Assembly: GCA_041661005.1 (NCBI GenBank)
Contig: JBAZVG010000001.1
Span: forward strand, 295,544-359,543
Length of the DNA stretch: 64,000 nucleotides
Direction of reading: 5' to 3'
DNA from: Minisyncoccota bacterium
Lineage (GTDB): Bacteria > Patescibacteriota > Minisyncoccia > Phycocordibacterales > UBA9973
The notes beneath the pieces were generated by a model. It was not told the DNA's origin. It did no database searches and saw nothing but the letters and a program-made list of their open reading frames with translations. The position numbers were made by a program, and so were the translations under genes. This document shows, piece after piece, positions 43,588-52,013 of this stretch (positions are counted from its first letter, which is position 1; each line of letters begins with the position of its first letter).

Positions 43588-44466
43588 TTAGTTAATTAAA
43601 GTATAAACTTTTTCTAAGAATGTTTTAGCCTGTTCGTTTGTTCTTGCACTTTGACCTTTAAATAACCAGAGCAAGTCACTAACTTCAGCATATTCATGAG
43701 CTGTTTCAACAACAGACATATCTGCATATAGCTTTTTAAGGACATCATTCACTTTTTCTTTATGAGTATAGTTTTTAAAATGAGGATGCGGAACATTCCA
43801 GACCAAGCACTCCAAGAAAAATGATGGCATTGCTTTATCGTCAATGTGGTTATTATCAATCAGATGATTTCTACAATTTTTAATTGTTCTTACTATTGAT
43901 TTATAAATTTGATCCGTATTTTTGTTTTTCTCAACACCGTTTTCATAATGTTGTTTTGGAAAACTCCTTACTCTATTACCGTCATCTGAAACAAGCTCAA
44001 TGCCTTCAACTGAAACTGTTGTAGCACTACTAAATCTTTTATGAACAAAACATGCTATCACATCGGCATTAACGCGATAGGAATTTTTATTCACTCTTAT
44101 ACATTTATTTTTTCTTTCTACAGAACTAGAGAAGTTATTCTTAAGCACTTGCTCAACATCATTTTTAAATTGTGAAAATTTATATTCACTAGTACTATAA
44201 TAAGCCTTATGTAAAGCCTTATCTTGAGGTGAGAGACTTGATATTTCTGGGAAAAACGCATCTTGGTAGCAAACAACTATATCAACATCACTATCTTGTC
44301 TTACATTGGTACTGTTTTTATATGAACCTTGTAGAAAAATATCAACTTTTGATCCAAATTTCTCTTTTAATACTTTTGTTATGGAAGCAACAGTTGCGGA
44401 ACACCTTGCGTTTTCAGTTTCACTAAGTGGTTTAGACCAGTTTTGAAGTTGTTGTTCTGTAATCAT
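43588..44466 (-). CDS. Pol-beta superfamily nucleotidyltransferase, SMODS/CD-NTase-like
   Basis: Core 'LQGSYKNSTNVRQDSDVDIVV' (GS...[h]DxD NTase motif) and a downstream acidic residue. Confidence 0.55.
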   Translation of the reverse strand: MITEQQLQNWSKPLSETENARCSATVASITKVLKEKFGSKVDIFLQGSYKNSTNVRQDSDVDIVVCYQDAFFPEISSLSPQDKALHKAYYSTSEYKFSQFKNDVEQVLKNNFSSSVERKNKCIRVNKNSYRVNADVIACFVHKRFSSATTVSVEGIELVSDDGNRVRSFPKQHYENGVEKNKNTDQIYKSIVRTIKNCRNHLIDNNHIDDKAMPSFFLECLVWNVPHPHFKNYTHKEKVNDVLKKLYADMSVVETAHEYAEVSDLLWLFKGQSARTNEQAKTFLEKVYTLIN

Positions 44467-44526
44467 ATGTAAAGTGTGGATAACTACTACTTGTATACAT
44501 TCTAATTATTTTCTATAATACTATAC

Positions 44527-46392
44527 ATGCTCACAAAAAAGCAAGTGGATATCTTAAAGTTTATAAAAACTTATAGGGAGAAAAATGGCTATGCCCCCTC
44601 TCTTGAGGAAATAAAGAAAAAGTTTAAAATGGCATCGGTCTCAACAGCTCACTACTATATTAGCAAGTTGCAAGATGCTGGTTTTTTAAATAAAGAACAC
44701 AATCAACCTCGCGGTGTTTCCACAAAAGAAGCAAAACAAACTGTTGAAATTCCTATACTTGGCGCAATCGCCGCAGGACAGCCGATTGAGGCAATAGAAA
44801 TTCCAGACGAAACAATAACAATTACGAAAGATGAAATAGGACAGCAAGGGAAACATTATGCTTTACGCGTTCAAGGTAGCAGTATGATTGACGAAGGTAT
44901 TTTTGACGGTGACATTGTGGTTATAAGAAAACAAGAAGTCGCGGAAAATGGACAAACTGTTGTAGCTGTAATTGACGACAATGAAGCAACGCTAAAAAAA
45001 CTTTATCGCGAGAAAGGAAGATTCAGACTTCAACCCGCAAATCCGACCTTGTTTCCAATTTATAGAGACGAAGTAGAAGTCAGAGGCGTAGTTGTTAAAA
45101 TAATTCGCAACCTTGAATCACAACTTGACCAAGGGCAATCGAGAAAAGAAAAATATGTTCGTAAAATAGATTACTCATGGGATTATAGGGGGGAGAAAAC
45201 AAAATCATACACACACGGAATACATACTTATCCTGCTATGTTTATTCCCCAAGTCGGGCGGAGATTACTAGAAACTTATAGCAAGGAAGGCGACACTGTT
45301 TGTGATATTTTTTGTGGCTCTGGGACTGCTCTTGTAGAAAGTAGATTGCTGGGAAGAAATGCTTATGGTATTGATCTGAATCCGCTTGCCATTTTTCTTG
45401 CACATGCAAAGACAACACCAATTAATCCTCAAAAACTAACAAAGGAATACATAACATTATTAGACCGAATAGAAAAAATAAAAGACAACCAAATAAAAAG
45501 ACCTGAATTTAATAATATAGATTTTTGGTTTAAAGACAAAGTTATAGTTAAACTTGCCAAACTGAAAAAAGCTATTAAAGAAATAAAAGACCAGTCAATC
45601 CAGAATTTCTTAATGGTTGCCTTTAGTGAAACTGTTCGCTACTCATCAAATTGTAAAAATGGTGAGTTCAAATTGGTGCGTGTTAAAAGGGAAAAACTTG
45701 AAAAACATGATCCTGATGTTCTGGGAATTTTTCGTAAACATGCAGAAAAAAATATAGTTGGAATGACTCAATTTTTCAAAGATGCAAAAAAGGATTCATG
45801 GACAAAAATTATATATGGAGATTCATCAAAAGATAATGGTATAAAAGAAAAATCCATTGACTGCATTATTACTTCTCCTCCATACGGAGATAGTCGGACA
45901 ACAGTTGCTTATGGTCAATTTTCTCGTTTATCTGCTCAATGGATTGATATATTTGATGATCCAAATGACGCTTCGGGCGTAGACAACGCTTTGCTTGGTG
46001 GTAAAGCTACAAAAAACTTAATCCATCTATTGCCATCAGATTATTTAAAAGAATCATTAGAAAAAATTGCCAAACAAGACGAGGTAAGAGCAAGAGATGT
46101 ATTGAGTTTTTATATCGGATTAAGTGACTGCTTGAAACAAGCATATAAAATTCTAAAATCTAAAAAGTATTTCTGTTTAGTAATTGGTAATAGATTAGTT
46201 AAACAAGTTAGAATTCCTACAGATTTTATAATTGCTGAATTAGCCGAGAAAATAGGATTTACTTGCGAGGATATCATAGTCCGAAATATTCCAGGCAAAA
46301 GAATGCCGATCAAAAACTCCCCGACCAACATTGTCGGCGCTTTAGAAGAAACAATGAATAAAGAAAGTATTGTTGTGTTAAGGAAAAACTAG
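44527..46392 (+). CDS. Fusion protein: complete LexA-like repressor (wHTH + S24 peptidase) joined to an amino-methyltransferase (N4-C/N6-A; SPPY type)
   Basis: aa 1-~200: LexA N-terminal HTH, Ala-Gly cleavage site ('GAIAAGQP'), 'VQGSSMIDEGIFDGDIVVI' (Ser nucleophile), 'ATLKKLY' (Lys). aa ~230-621: MTase motif I 'DIFCGSGT' and motif IV 'IITSPPYGD'. Single continuous 621-aa ORF. Confidence 0.7.
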   Translation: MLTKKQVDILKFIKTYREKNGYAPSLEEIKKKFKMASVSTAHYYISKLQDAGFLNKEHNQPRGVSTKEAKQTVEIPILGAIAAGQPIEAIEIPDETITITKDEIGQQGKHYALRVQGSSMIDEGIFDGDIVVIRKQEVAENGQTVVAVIDDNEATLKKLYREKGRFRLQPANPTLFPIYRDEVEVRGVVVKIIRNLESQLDQGQSRKEKYVRKIDYSWDYRGEKTKSYTHGIHTYPAMFIPQVGRRLLETYSKEGDTVCDIFCGSGTALVESRLLGRNAYGIDLNPLAIFLAHAKTTPINPQKLTKEYITLLDRIEKIKDNQIKRPEFNNIDFWFKDKVIVKLAKLKKAIKEIKDQSIQNFLMVAFSETVRYSSNCKNGEFKLVRVKREKLEKHDPDVLGIFRKHAEKNIVGMTQFFKDAKKDSWTKIIYGDSSKDNGIKEKSIDCIITSPPYGDSRTTVAYGQFSRLSAQWIDIFDDPNDASGVDNALLGGKATKNLIHLLPSDYLKESLEKIAKQDEVRARDVLSFYIGLSDCLKQAYKILKSKKYFCLVIGNRLVKQVRIPTDFIIAELAEKIGFTCEDIIVRNIPGKRMPIKNSPTNIVGALEETMNKESIVVLRKN

Positions 46393-47135
46393 ACCAGTTC
46401 AACTTTAGTATCAAAACATTTATACAACTGATTCGGCTTTACACGAAAGGCAGTACCGTGGTTTCGCACAGATCCGCTTGGCCGATAGTACATGCGTAGA
46501 TCCACGACGACAGCATCTTTCTTCACCATCGCCTTGAAGTGCGCGAAATCGAAGCCTTCAAGAAAATATGCTTGGTTGAAATAGAAATGTTCGGTTCCGC
46601 GTATTTCCTTGGATTCGGCAAGCACATAAACAAGGGCTGGCAATTTAGCTTCGAATTTCCGTTGGAGATCTGTCATGTCCCAATAAATATTTAGCTTCCT
46701 TCCCTTACCAACGATCCGAACCTTATCTTTCTCCACCTTAAGTTTCAGACCTTGATTGTTGTAGCGTTTACAGGAAAGCATGACGTGGAGTTCTTTCGGT
46801 CGCCCATTGTCTCTTTTTGAGTAGCCGAAGCTATCCAGTAGCATTCGATCACGATCTCCACCTGCTGGACGGGGTTCCAGTGTAAAGAACGTCAATGGCG
46901 CGACGGCGCTTTTACGATATGCTTTGAGTTCTGCTATTTCACCAATGTCAGGAAGTGGGATGTTATTTTCTTTTATACCTAGTAAATCCTCAAGAGTTTT
47001 ACCTATTCCAGTATCACCTTTTCTGTGGGTTTTAACGAAACCAAGAACCTTGATTGCTTTGAGTTTTCTTTTGAGTTCCGGAAGTGTCATATTATTTAAT
47101 AAAAAATGACACATCCTTTTTATAAATGACCGCAA
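46389..47135 (-). CDS. Putative type II restriction endonuclease (PD-ExK)
   Basis: 'LPDIGEIAELKAYRK' fits PD...(D/E)xK. 248 aa. Convergent with the MTase (4-nt overlap). Start overlapped by the upstream HTH controller gene. Confidence 0.5.
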   Translation of the reverse strand: MRSFIKRMCHFLLNNMTLPELKRKLKAIKVLGFVKTHRKGDTGIGKTLEDLLGIKENNIPLPDIGEIAELKAYRKSAVAPLTFFTLEPRPAGGDRDRMLLDSFGYSKRDNGRPKELHVMLSCKRYNNQGLKLKVEKDKVRIVGKGRKLNIYWDMTDLQRKFEAKLPALVYVLAESKEIRGTEHFYFNQAYFLEGFDFAHFKAMVKKDAVVVDLRMYYRPSGSVRNHGTAFRVKPNQLYKCFDTKVELV

Positions 47136-47313
47136 ACTTCTTTATCTCTGCTACATCAAGTCTTCTTTCCCCAGATTCAATTTTTGAAATATAGGATTGT
47201 GGCTTACCGAGCTTATCAGCCACGGCTTGCTGTGTAAGTCCGGCTTCAATACGCCCTTTTTTCAAGCGTTCAATGATTGATTTATATTCTTTTGTATAAA
47301 CTGACTTATTCAT
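47092..47313 (-). CDS. XRE-family HTH protein, probable R-M controller (C protein)
   Basis: 'GLTQQAVADKLGKPQSYISKIESGERRLDVAEIKKFA' is a classic Cro/C1 HTH. 73 aa. Its stop overlaps the REase start. Confidence 0.7.
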   Translation of the reverse strand: MNKSVYTKEYKSIIERLKKGRIEAGLTQQAVADKLGKPQSYISKIESGERRLDVAEIKKFAVIYKKDVSFFIK

Positions 47314-47925
47314 AGGTATGGTAATAATATATCCCTTTATGGTATAATCCCAAAATAGGATTATTCAGTATTCTTACCCCTCATCCGCCATCCATTCGCG
47401 CACAAAACCGCCGTGAAAACTATAAGACGGCGACGAGCTCCCTTAATTTTTTTCATACATTGACAAATCAGCCAGACGTGCTATGGTGATGTTGGATAGT
47501 CAACCAAGGGAATAAATGAGCACTATAATCAAGTCAGGGTATCTCAAGCTTCACAAAGGTGGCATCATGGCCACAATCATGTTCAGCAATGGACACGAAT
47601 CACAAGTCCTCGCCACCAAGCGCTAAGCGCTGGAAATCGGTGAGGCTCTGCTCGGCCTAAGCATCACTGAAGAAGAGTGGAAAATCATCCGCCAGCAAGT
47701 TCATGCTAGCAGGCTCATCGACCGGAACGCCGAACTCGAAGCCATGGTCAGCACCATGGAAGGTAAACTCGAGGAACTGCGCCGAGAGATCGAAAAGGTG
47801 ATGCGTGAACAGGCGCAACAAGATGGCGAGGGTGAAGAGTGGAAGTCGTGAACATCAATCAACAGGGGTTGGCCAATGAAAGTTGACCAACCCCAAACTG
47901 TTTATATAATTAAAATTTTAAATAT

Positions 47926-48225
47926 TTAGATTCTAAAATACGAAACCATATGTCCAGTTTTTCCATTCTGTTTTATTTTTCCTTCTTTTTCGAGTTGTGA
48001 AAGATATCGGGTCGCTGTTGCGTCAGATACATGAAGAAATTTCTCGACTTCGTCATTTGTAATTTTAGATTGTTTTAGAAACAAAGACATCACTTTATCT
48101 AATTTCTTTCGCTTTCGGAATTGAATTGCGTTTCGAGCTGTGATTAGAAGTTCGCGAACAAAAGACTTTTTAGTGGTTGAGTAAGGACTACCCTTGCTCA
48201 ATGTTTTATGAGTGAGTTTGTTCAC
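47926..48225 (-). CDS. Hypothetical protein with C-terminal winged-helix (99 aa)
   Basis: 'VSDATATRYLSQLEKEGKIKQ' wHTH-like. The N-terminus overlaps the repeat hairpin 48199-48220. Promoter-like motif copy E lies upstream. Confidence 0.4.
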   Translation of the reverse strand: MNKLTHKTLSKGSPYSTTKKSFVRELLITARNAIQFRKRKKLDKVMSLFLKQSKITNDEVEKFLHVSDATATRYLSQLEKEGKIKQNGKTGHMVSYFRI

Positions 48226-48270
48226 ATTTGTTGGAGTTTCCGTGTGTCGTATAAAAAGTATTTCATATCT

Positions 48271-48298
48271 TTGACCCTAATTATACGAAATTGGAACC
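48271..48298 (-). promoter_or_regulatory. Promoter-like recurrent motif, copy E (reverse orientation): GGTTCCAATTTCGTATAATTAGGGTCAA
   Basis: -35 TTGAAT, 17-bp spacer, -10 TATAAT. ~45 nt upstream of the 48225 start. Confidence 0.45.
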
Positions 48299-48332
48299 TT
48301 GTATTCAATCAGACAAAAATTTTCAAATTGTT

Positions 48333-48602
48333 TTAACGATGAGGACAGCCAGCCCAACAACAAGGCCGTCTCATTCCACCCCTAAGTTTTGATAATCCCA
48401 CATTAATTCGGCGACTTCGTGTTTCCAACTGCTTCGCAGAGGTAACCCAGCAGATCCACTCATTACGCGCGAGTGGTGTAATGTCCTTCCATGTTGCACG
48501 CGCCTTAGGATTAGCAACAAGGGCTTTCTGCAAATCTACAGGCATTTTGTGCACCACACCAGTTGTAATTTTTTTGTTGGTCATGAATTTATTATATACC
48601 AA
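48333..48602 (-). CDS. YdeI/OmpD-associated family-like protein (89 aa)
   Basis: 'WKDITPLARNEWICWVTSAKQLETRSRRI' resembles the YdeI-family C-terminal pattern. Confidence 0.4.
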   Translation of the reverse strand: MVYNKFMTNKKITTGVVHKMPVDLQKALVANPKARATWKDITPLARNEWICWVTSAKQLETRSRRINVGLSKLRGGMRRPCCWAGCPHR

Positions 48603-48611
48603 TACTTGTGT

Positions 48612-48678
48612 GAGTAAGGACTACCCTTGCTTAAGGTACACTTCGCGTGCAACATATGACGTGAGCCACAATAAAATT
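48612..48678 (+). repeat. Module-X repeat (hairpin GAGTAAGGACTACCCTTGCTT + AAGGTACACTTCGCGTGCAACATATGACGTGAGCCACAATAA)
   Basis: Near-identical to 52008-52070. The hairpin alone is also present at 48199-48220. Confidence 0.65.
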
Positions 48679-48908
48679 CTACAGGGACCGTGAGTACACT
48701 TATCGATCCTTACAGGATCAGTACACCTTTTCGAATAGTTCAAAATAAATTTTTCACTATTAACGAAAAGCTTTTCGCTTCCCTGACGCGAGTAAATCAA
48801 TTTACTCGCTTAGGGTCATCGCACAAAAAAGGCAGAAGCTGATGCTGCTATAAAAGAGTATATGGAATCGTGTAGAAAATGTGAAGATTGTGGCAAAATA
48901 AAAAGTAA

Positions 48909-49907
48909 TTAATTTGTACTATTTGCCTTTGGATTTAACTTATCATAAGTATAAAGAAACTCTGTAGTTTTTTTAAGTTCAATAAGTAAATCTCTATTCT
49001 TATGAAAACCAAAGTTGAGAGACCTCATTAAGTTATATGTATTTATGGTGTGAATTGCTCCTTTATTATTAGTTATATCTTTTCTATTTACTTTCTTGCC
49101 TGATTCTTTGTGTGGATATCGTGCAACGATTACAACTCTTGGACTAAGAATAAAGGTTTGTTCTCTAGATAAAAAATCGTTGCCATAAAACTTTTTACTT
49201 AAAGCAATATCTTGATAGGGCGTGTCTGTGGTAATAAAATCTCCTTTTCTTGAAATATATATTTTCCAATATTTTGCTGTTAATAAATTAGAGAAGCCTT
49301 GTATTTCTTTCATAATTTCCATGTGGTGAGTGTTCCCCATATCAACTGTGTATTCTTCTTTATCGGCATATTCTATCATTTGTTCTTTTGTGATTCCAAG
49401 TTCTTCCATCTCCTTTTTTGACTTATCACTCCTTCCCATATTTCTAGCAATATGTTTATTAATTTGTTTTATTAAGTGATCTGTCATTTTCTTAGACTCT
49501 TCTCTGTATTTTTTACCCTTGAAATGCAAAAACAACATACATGAAGATAAGTTGAATTTATCGCCTTCTGTTATTTGTTCATTGTCTAAAATTTTCTTTT
49601 CTATTTTAGGAAGTTCAGTAGAAAAAACACCTTCAATTTCTGCAAATTTTTCTTCTACTTTCTGGCTGATCTCATCTTCTTTTCCTGTGTGTTGGGCATA
49701 AAAGAAGTTCTCATAGCAAAACCTGCTTGGATTTGACTTTGCCTCAAATATTTTAAGTATTGGAGGTTCTTTCCCTTCTATTTTAATAGGGTAAAAACCA
49801 TTATCTTCATCACACCATTGGCGGAGGTAAAATTGGGGAACATAGTGTTGTTTTCTAGTCCTTCTTTTTATTTGATTTGGTAATAGTTGATTTTGTTCCA
49901 TCTTCAA
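48909..49907 (-). CDS. DUF4238 family protein (332 aa)
   Basis: Hallmark N-terminal 'HYVPQFYLRQW'. Confidence 0.55.
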   Translation of the reverse strand: MKMEQNQLLPNQIKRRTRKQHYVPQFYLRQWCDEDNGFYPIKIEGKEPPILKIFEAKSNPSRFCYENFFYAQHTGKEDEISQKVEEKFAEIEGVFSTELPKIEKKILDNEQITEGDKFNLSSCMLFLHFKGKKYREESKKMTDHLIKQINKHIARNMGRSDKSKKEMEELGITKEQMIEYADKEEYTVDMGNTHHMEIMKEIQGFSNLLTAKYWKIYISRKGDFITTDTPYQDIALSKKFYGNDFLSREQTFILSPRVVIVARYPHKESGKKVNRKDITNNKGAIHTINTYNLMRSLNFGFHKNRDLLIELKKTTEFLYTYDKLNPKANSTN

Positions 49908-50412
49908 AAGTTCCTTCTAGACTTAGAAAAACATCGGAGGGGTGTAAATCTTTCTGGTCAAAAGCAAGTCTTCTTATTTCTGGTTCAACAAATATCTGAG
50001 TTTTGTCTTTTTTGCCTTTTTCTCCAGCGTAAACAACCAATCTTTGTCCCACCTTGGATTCAGTAAGTATTGCTCTAACAAAATACTTATCATCTTTTGA
50101 ATCAGCCCTATCTTCTGCAATAGGGATAGCTTCATCATCAAGATTAAGAAATTTCATTTTCTTGAATTCCTTGGAATTCAATTTATCAATAATGTAGCTT
50201 TTTTGAATATTGTATTCTCTGGGGAGAGTATAATTTTCATTACACTCTTGGCATTTTAACCAGCAAGCGTGTGGATTGTTTAATACCAAAGAAAGCGTCA
50301 GGTGATGCTTAGGGCAAAGAGGTTTTGTATATTCAGCAGACAAGTATTGAACATGCCATTTGATACCGTCAAGAGTTATATATTGTTCATCCATAGTTTT
50401 TAGTAATCCCAA
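49855..50412 (-). CDS. Hypothetical protein with CxxC...CxxC zinc ribbon (185 aa)
   Basis: 'CPKHH...C..KCQEC'. Overlaps the downstream gene by ~50 nt. Confidence 0.4.
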   Translation of the reverse strand: MGLLKTMDEQYITLDGIKWHVQYLSAEYTKPLCPKHHLTLSLVLNNPHACWLKCQECNENYTLPREYNIQKSYIIDKLNSKEFKKMKFLNLDDEAIPIAEDRADSKDDKYFVRAILTESKVGQRLVVYAGEKGKKDKTQIFVEPEIRRLAFDQKDLHPSDVFLSLEGTFEDGTKSTITKSNKKKD

Positions 50413-50600
50413 CCATTATTGCCAAAGTTATAATAACTGCTTACCTGTATACTCTTAACCAGAGTTCCTTTATTTCTACAATCGGGGCATTCCTGTTCTT
50501 CAAGTTTAGCTCCCTTTGGAACATCAAAGCCTTTTTTTGAGAAATTGCAGTTAGTGCATTCAACATTTAGTTTATAGAATTCTGGGATTTTATCATTCAT
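50400..50600 (-). CDS. Small zinc-ribbon protein (66 aa)
   Basis: 'CTNCNF...CPDCRNKG'. Confidence 0.35.
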   Translation of the reverse strand: MNDKIPEFYKLNVECTNCNFSKKGFDVPKGAKLEEQECPDCRNKGTLVKSIQVSSYYNFGNNGWDY

Positions 50601-50768
50601 GAGCGGATTATAGCAAATTCTTAATAAAATACAAAAAATATCTTGATAAACTTGGTATATTTATCACTTTGGAGACCAAAAATCATTTTGATAAATTTGA
50701 TATAATTACCAGTTTTAGAGCCTAAAAAAGATTTTGTCTAATTTGCATAACTAGAATGGAACACCCTT

Positions 50769-51116
50769 TTATGTTATATGATTATCTTTGGCTTGTTGTT
50801 TTGCTAAGACTGACACTTGCTCTCTATCTACCCCAATACCAGTATTATAATATTTACTCCTAGAATTTCTTTTGAATATCAGCTCATCATTAGTGTGCAC
50901 TATTCCAGTTGCACTTTTTTCAGAAGAATTATCATATTTAATAATTAACTCCCAACCTTTTGCACCAAGTTCTGTTAGCATCAGTTCAAAGTAGTATTTC
51001 CACCACTTCATAGTTTTATACTCTTCATCGTCATAGTCGTATTTTTCCATGTCTTTAATACTAGGATGCCTTATATCCTGTACTAAGTATTCAAACTCTT
51101 CACTAAAGAATTTCAT
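50769..51116 (-). CDS. Hypothetical protein (115 aa)
   Basis: ORF within the co-directional block. Confidence 0.4.
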   Translation of the reverse strand: MKFFSEEFEYLVQDIRHPSIKDMEKYDYDDEEYKTMKWWKYYFELMLTELGAKGWELIIKYDNSSEKSATGIVHTNDELIFKRNSRSKYYNTGIGVDREQVSVLAKQQAKDNHIT

Positions 51117-51127
51117 ATTATTTTTTA

Positions 51128-51310
51128 TTAATTCTTAATTTTCTCTGGTAAATAGTAAATTATAACTGCACCTATAATAAGAATTACTCCTATTATTTTC
51201 CCTGCATCGGAATCTTGTGATGCTTCAAAGAGAATACCATTCCATGTTGGGAATAAATAACTAAAAGCACCTGCTAAACCAAGAACATAAGCCCATGTTT
51301 TTTTATTCAT
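51128..51310 (-). CDS. Small membrane protein (60 aa)
   Basis: Two TM helices. Confidence 0.3.
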   Translation of the reverse strand: MNKKTWAYVLGLAGAFSYLFPTWNGILFEASQDSDAGKIIGVILIIGAVIIYYLPEKIKN

Positions 51311-51664
51311 TTACTTTTTATGATTACCTTTTAAATACCCAATAATTATTGCGATTTTCATAATTGCTTTAGGAGAAAAAAGTGGAAGAACTAGTAAAAT
51401 AAGTAACCAACCTGAGTTTCCTGCCATTGCTCCAGATATTCCAATAATCAGTATCACCAGCATTATTAACCTTCTTCCCATATCTCTAGGTAGCCAATGG
51501 TTCATCATTGAAACAGCTAATATTGTTTTGCGTTCCTCAAGAACAGATTTAAATTCAGGGTGTTTTTGCAGAGTATCTTCATGTTCTTTTAAAACATCAT
51601 CAACTTTATTAAATTGTTCTTGTAGCTCCTCGTGATTTAATTCTTTTTCCATATATTTATTCAA
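51311..51664 (-). CDS. Membrane protein (117 aa)
   Basis: C-terminal TM pair. Abuts the neighbouring genes. Confidence 0.35.
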   Translation of the reverse strand: MNKYMEKELNHEELQEQFNKVDDVLKEHEDTLQKHPEFKSVLEERKTILAVSMMNHWLPRDMGRRLIMLVILIIGISGAMAGNSGWLLILLVLPLFSPKAIMKIAIIIGYLKGNHKK

Positions 51665-52013
51665 TTGAAGGTCTATTGTCTTTTACAAACTCCTGATCTT
51701 CTTCCTCATTAAAATAATAATCAAGCAAAATATTTATTTTCTTTTTTTGGTCTGCAATTGCTTTATGTGTGCTGTCATTAACAAGATAATCACGTACACT
51801 ATCATCACCAGAATCTATTATAAATTGGTTTAATTTATGGATTTGCTTCCACAATCTTTTTACTTGAGCTTTAGGAGAATACACAAAGTAGAAGGCTAAT
51901 TCTCCGCCAACATAAGCTCCAACCAAAAATATAATTATTGATTTTATCATAATTAAGTCGTGTTTCCATTTTACCCTTTTTTTAATACTATTGAAAGACA
52001 ACTGGTTGAGCAA
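51657..52013 (-). CDS. Membrane-anchored hypothetical protein (118 aa)
   Basis: N-terminal TM helix. First gene of the block, next to the tRNA-flanking repeat. Confidence 0.35.
   Translation of the reverse strand: MLNQLSFNSIKKRVKWKHDLIMIKSIIIFLVGAYVGGELAFYFVYSPKAQVKRLWKQIHKLNQFIIDSGDDSVRDYLVNDSTHKAIADQKKKINILLDYYFNEEEDQEFVKDNRPSIE

Noticed and set aside
44476-44484. Third perfect DnaA box (TGTGGATAA) upstream of the LexA-MTase gene as evidence of an origin
   Set aside because: Three scattered 9-mers are compatible with chance or promoter-borne boxes. There is no dnaA gene or clustered box array in this window.
48481-48693. ORFs 48481-48693 (+) and 51991-52206 (+), sharing 'SKDYPC.RYTSRATYDVSHN'
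   Set aside because: The shared peptide is encoded by the dispersed module-X repeat. This is repeat-derived similarity, not a gene family.
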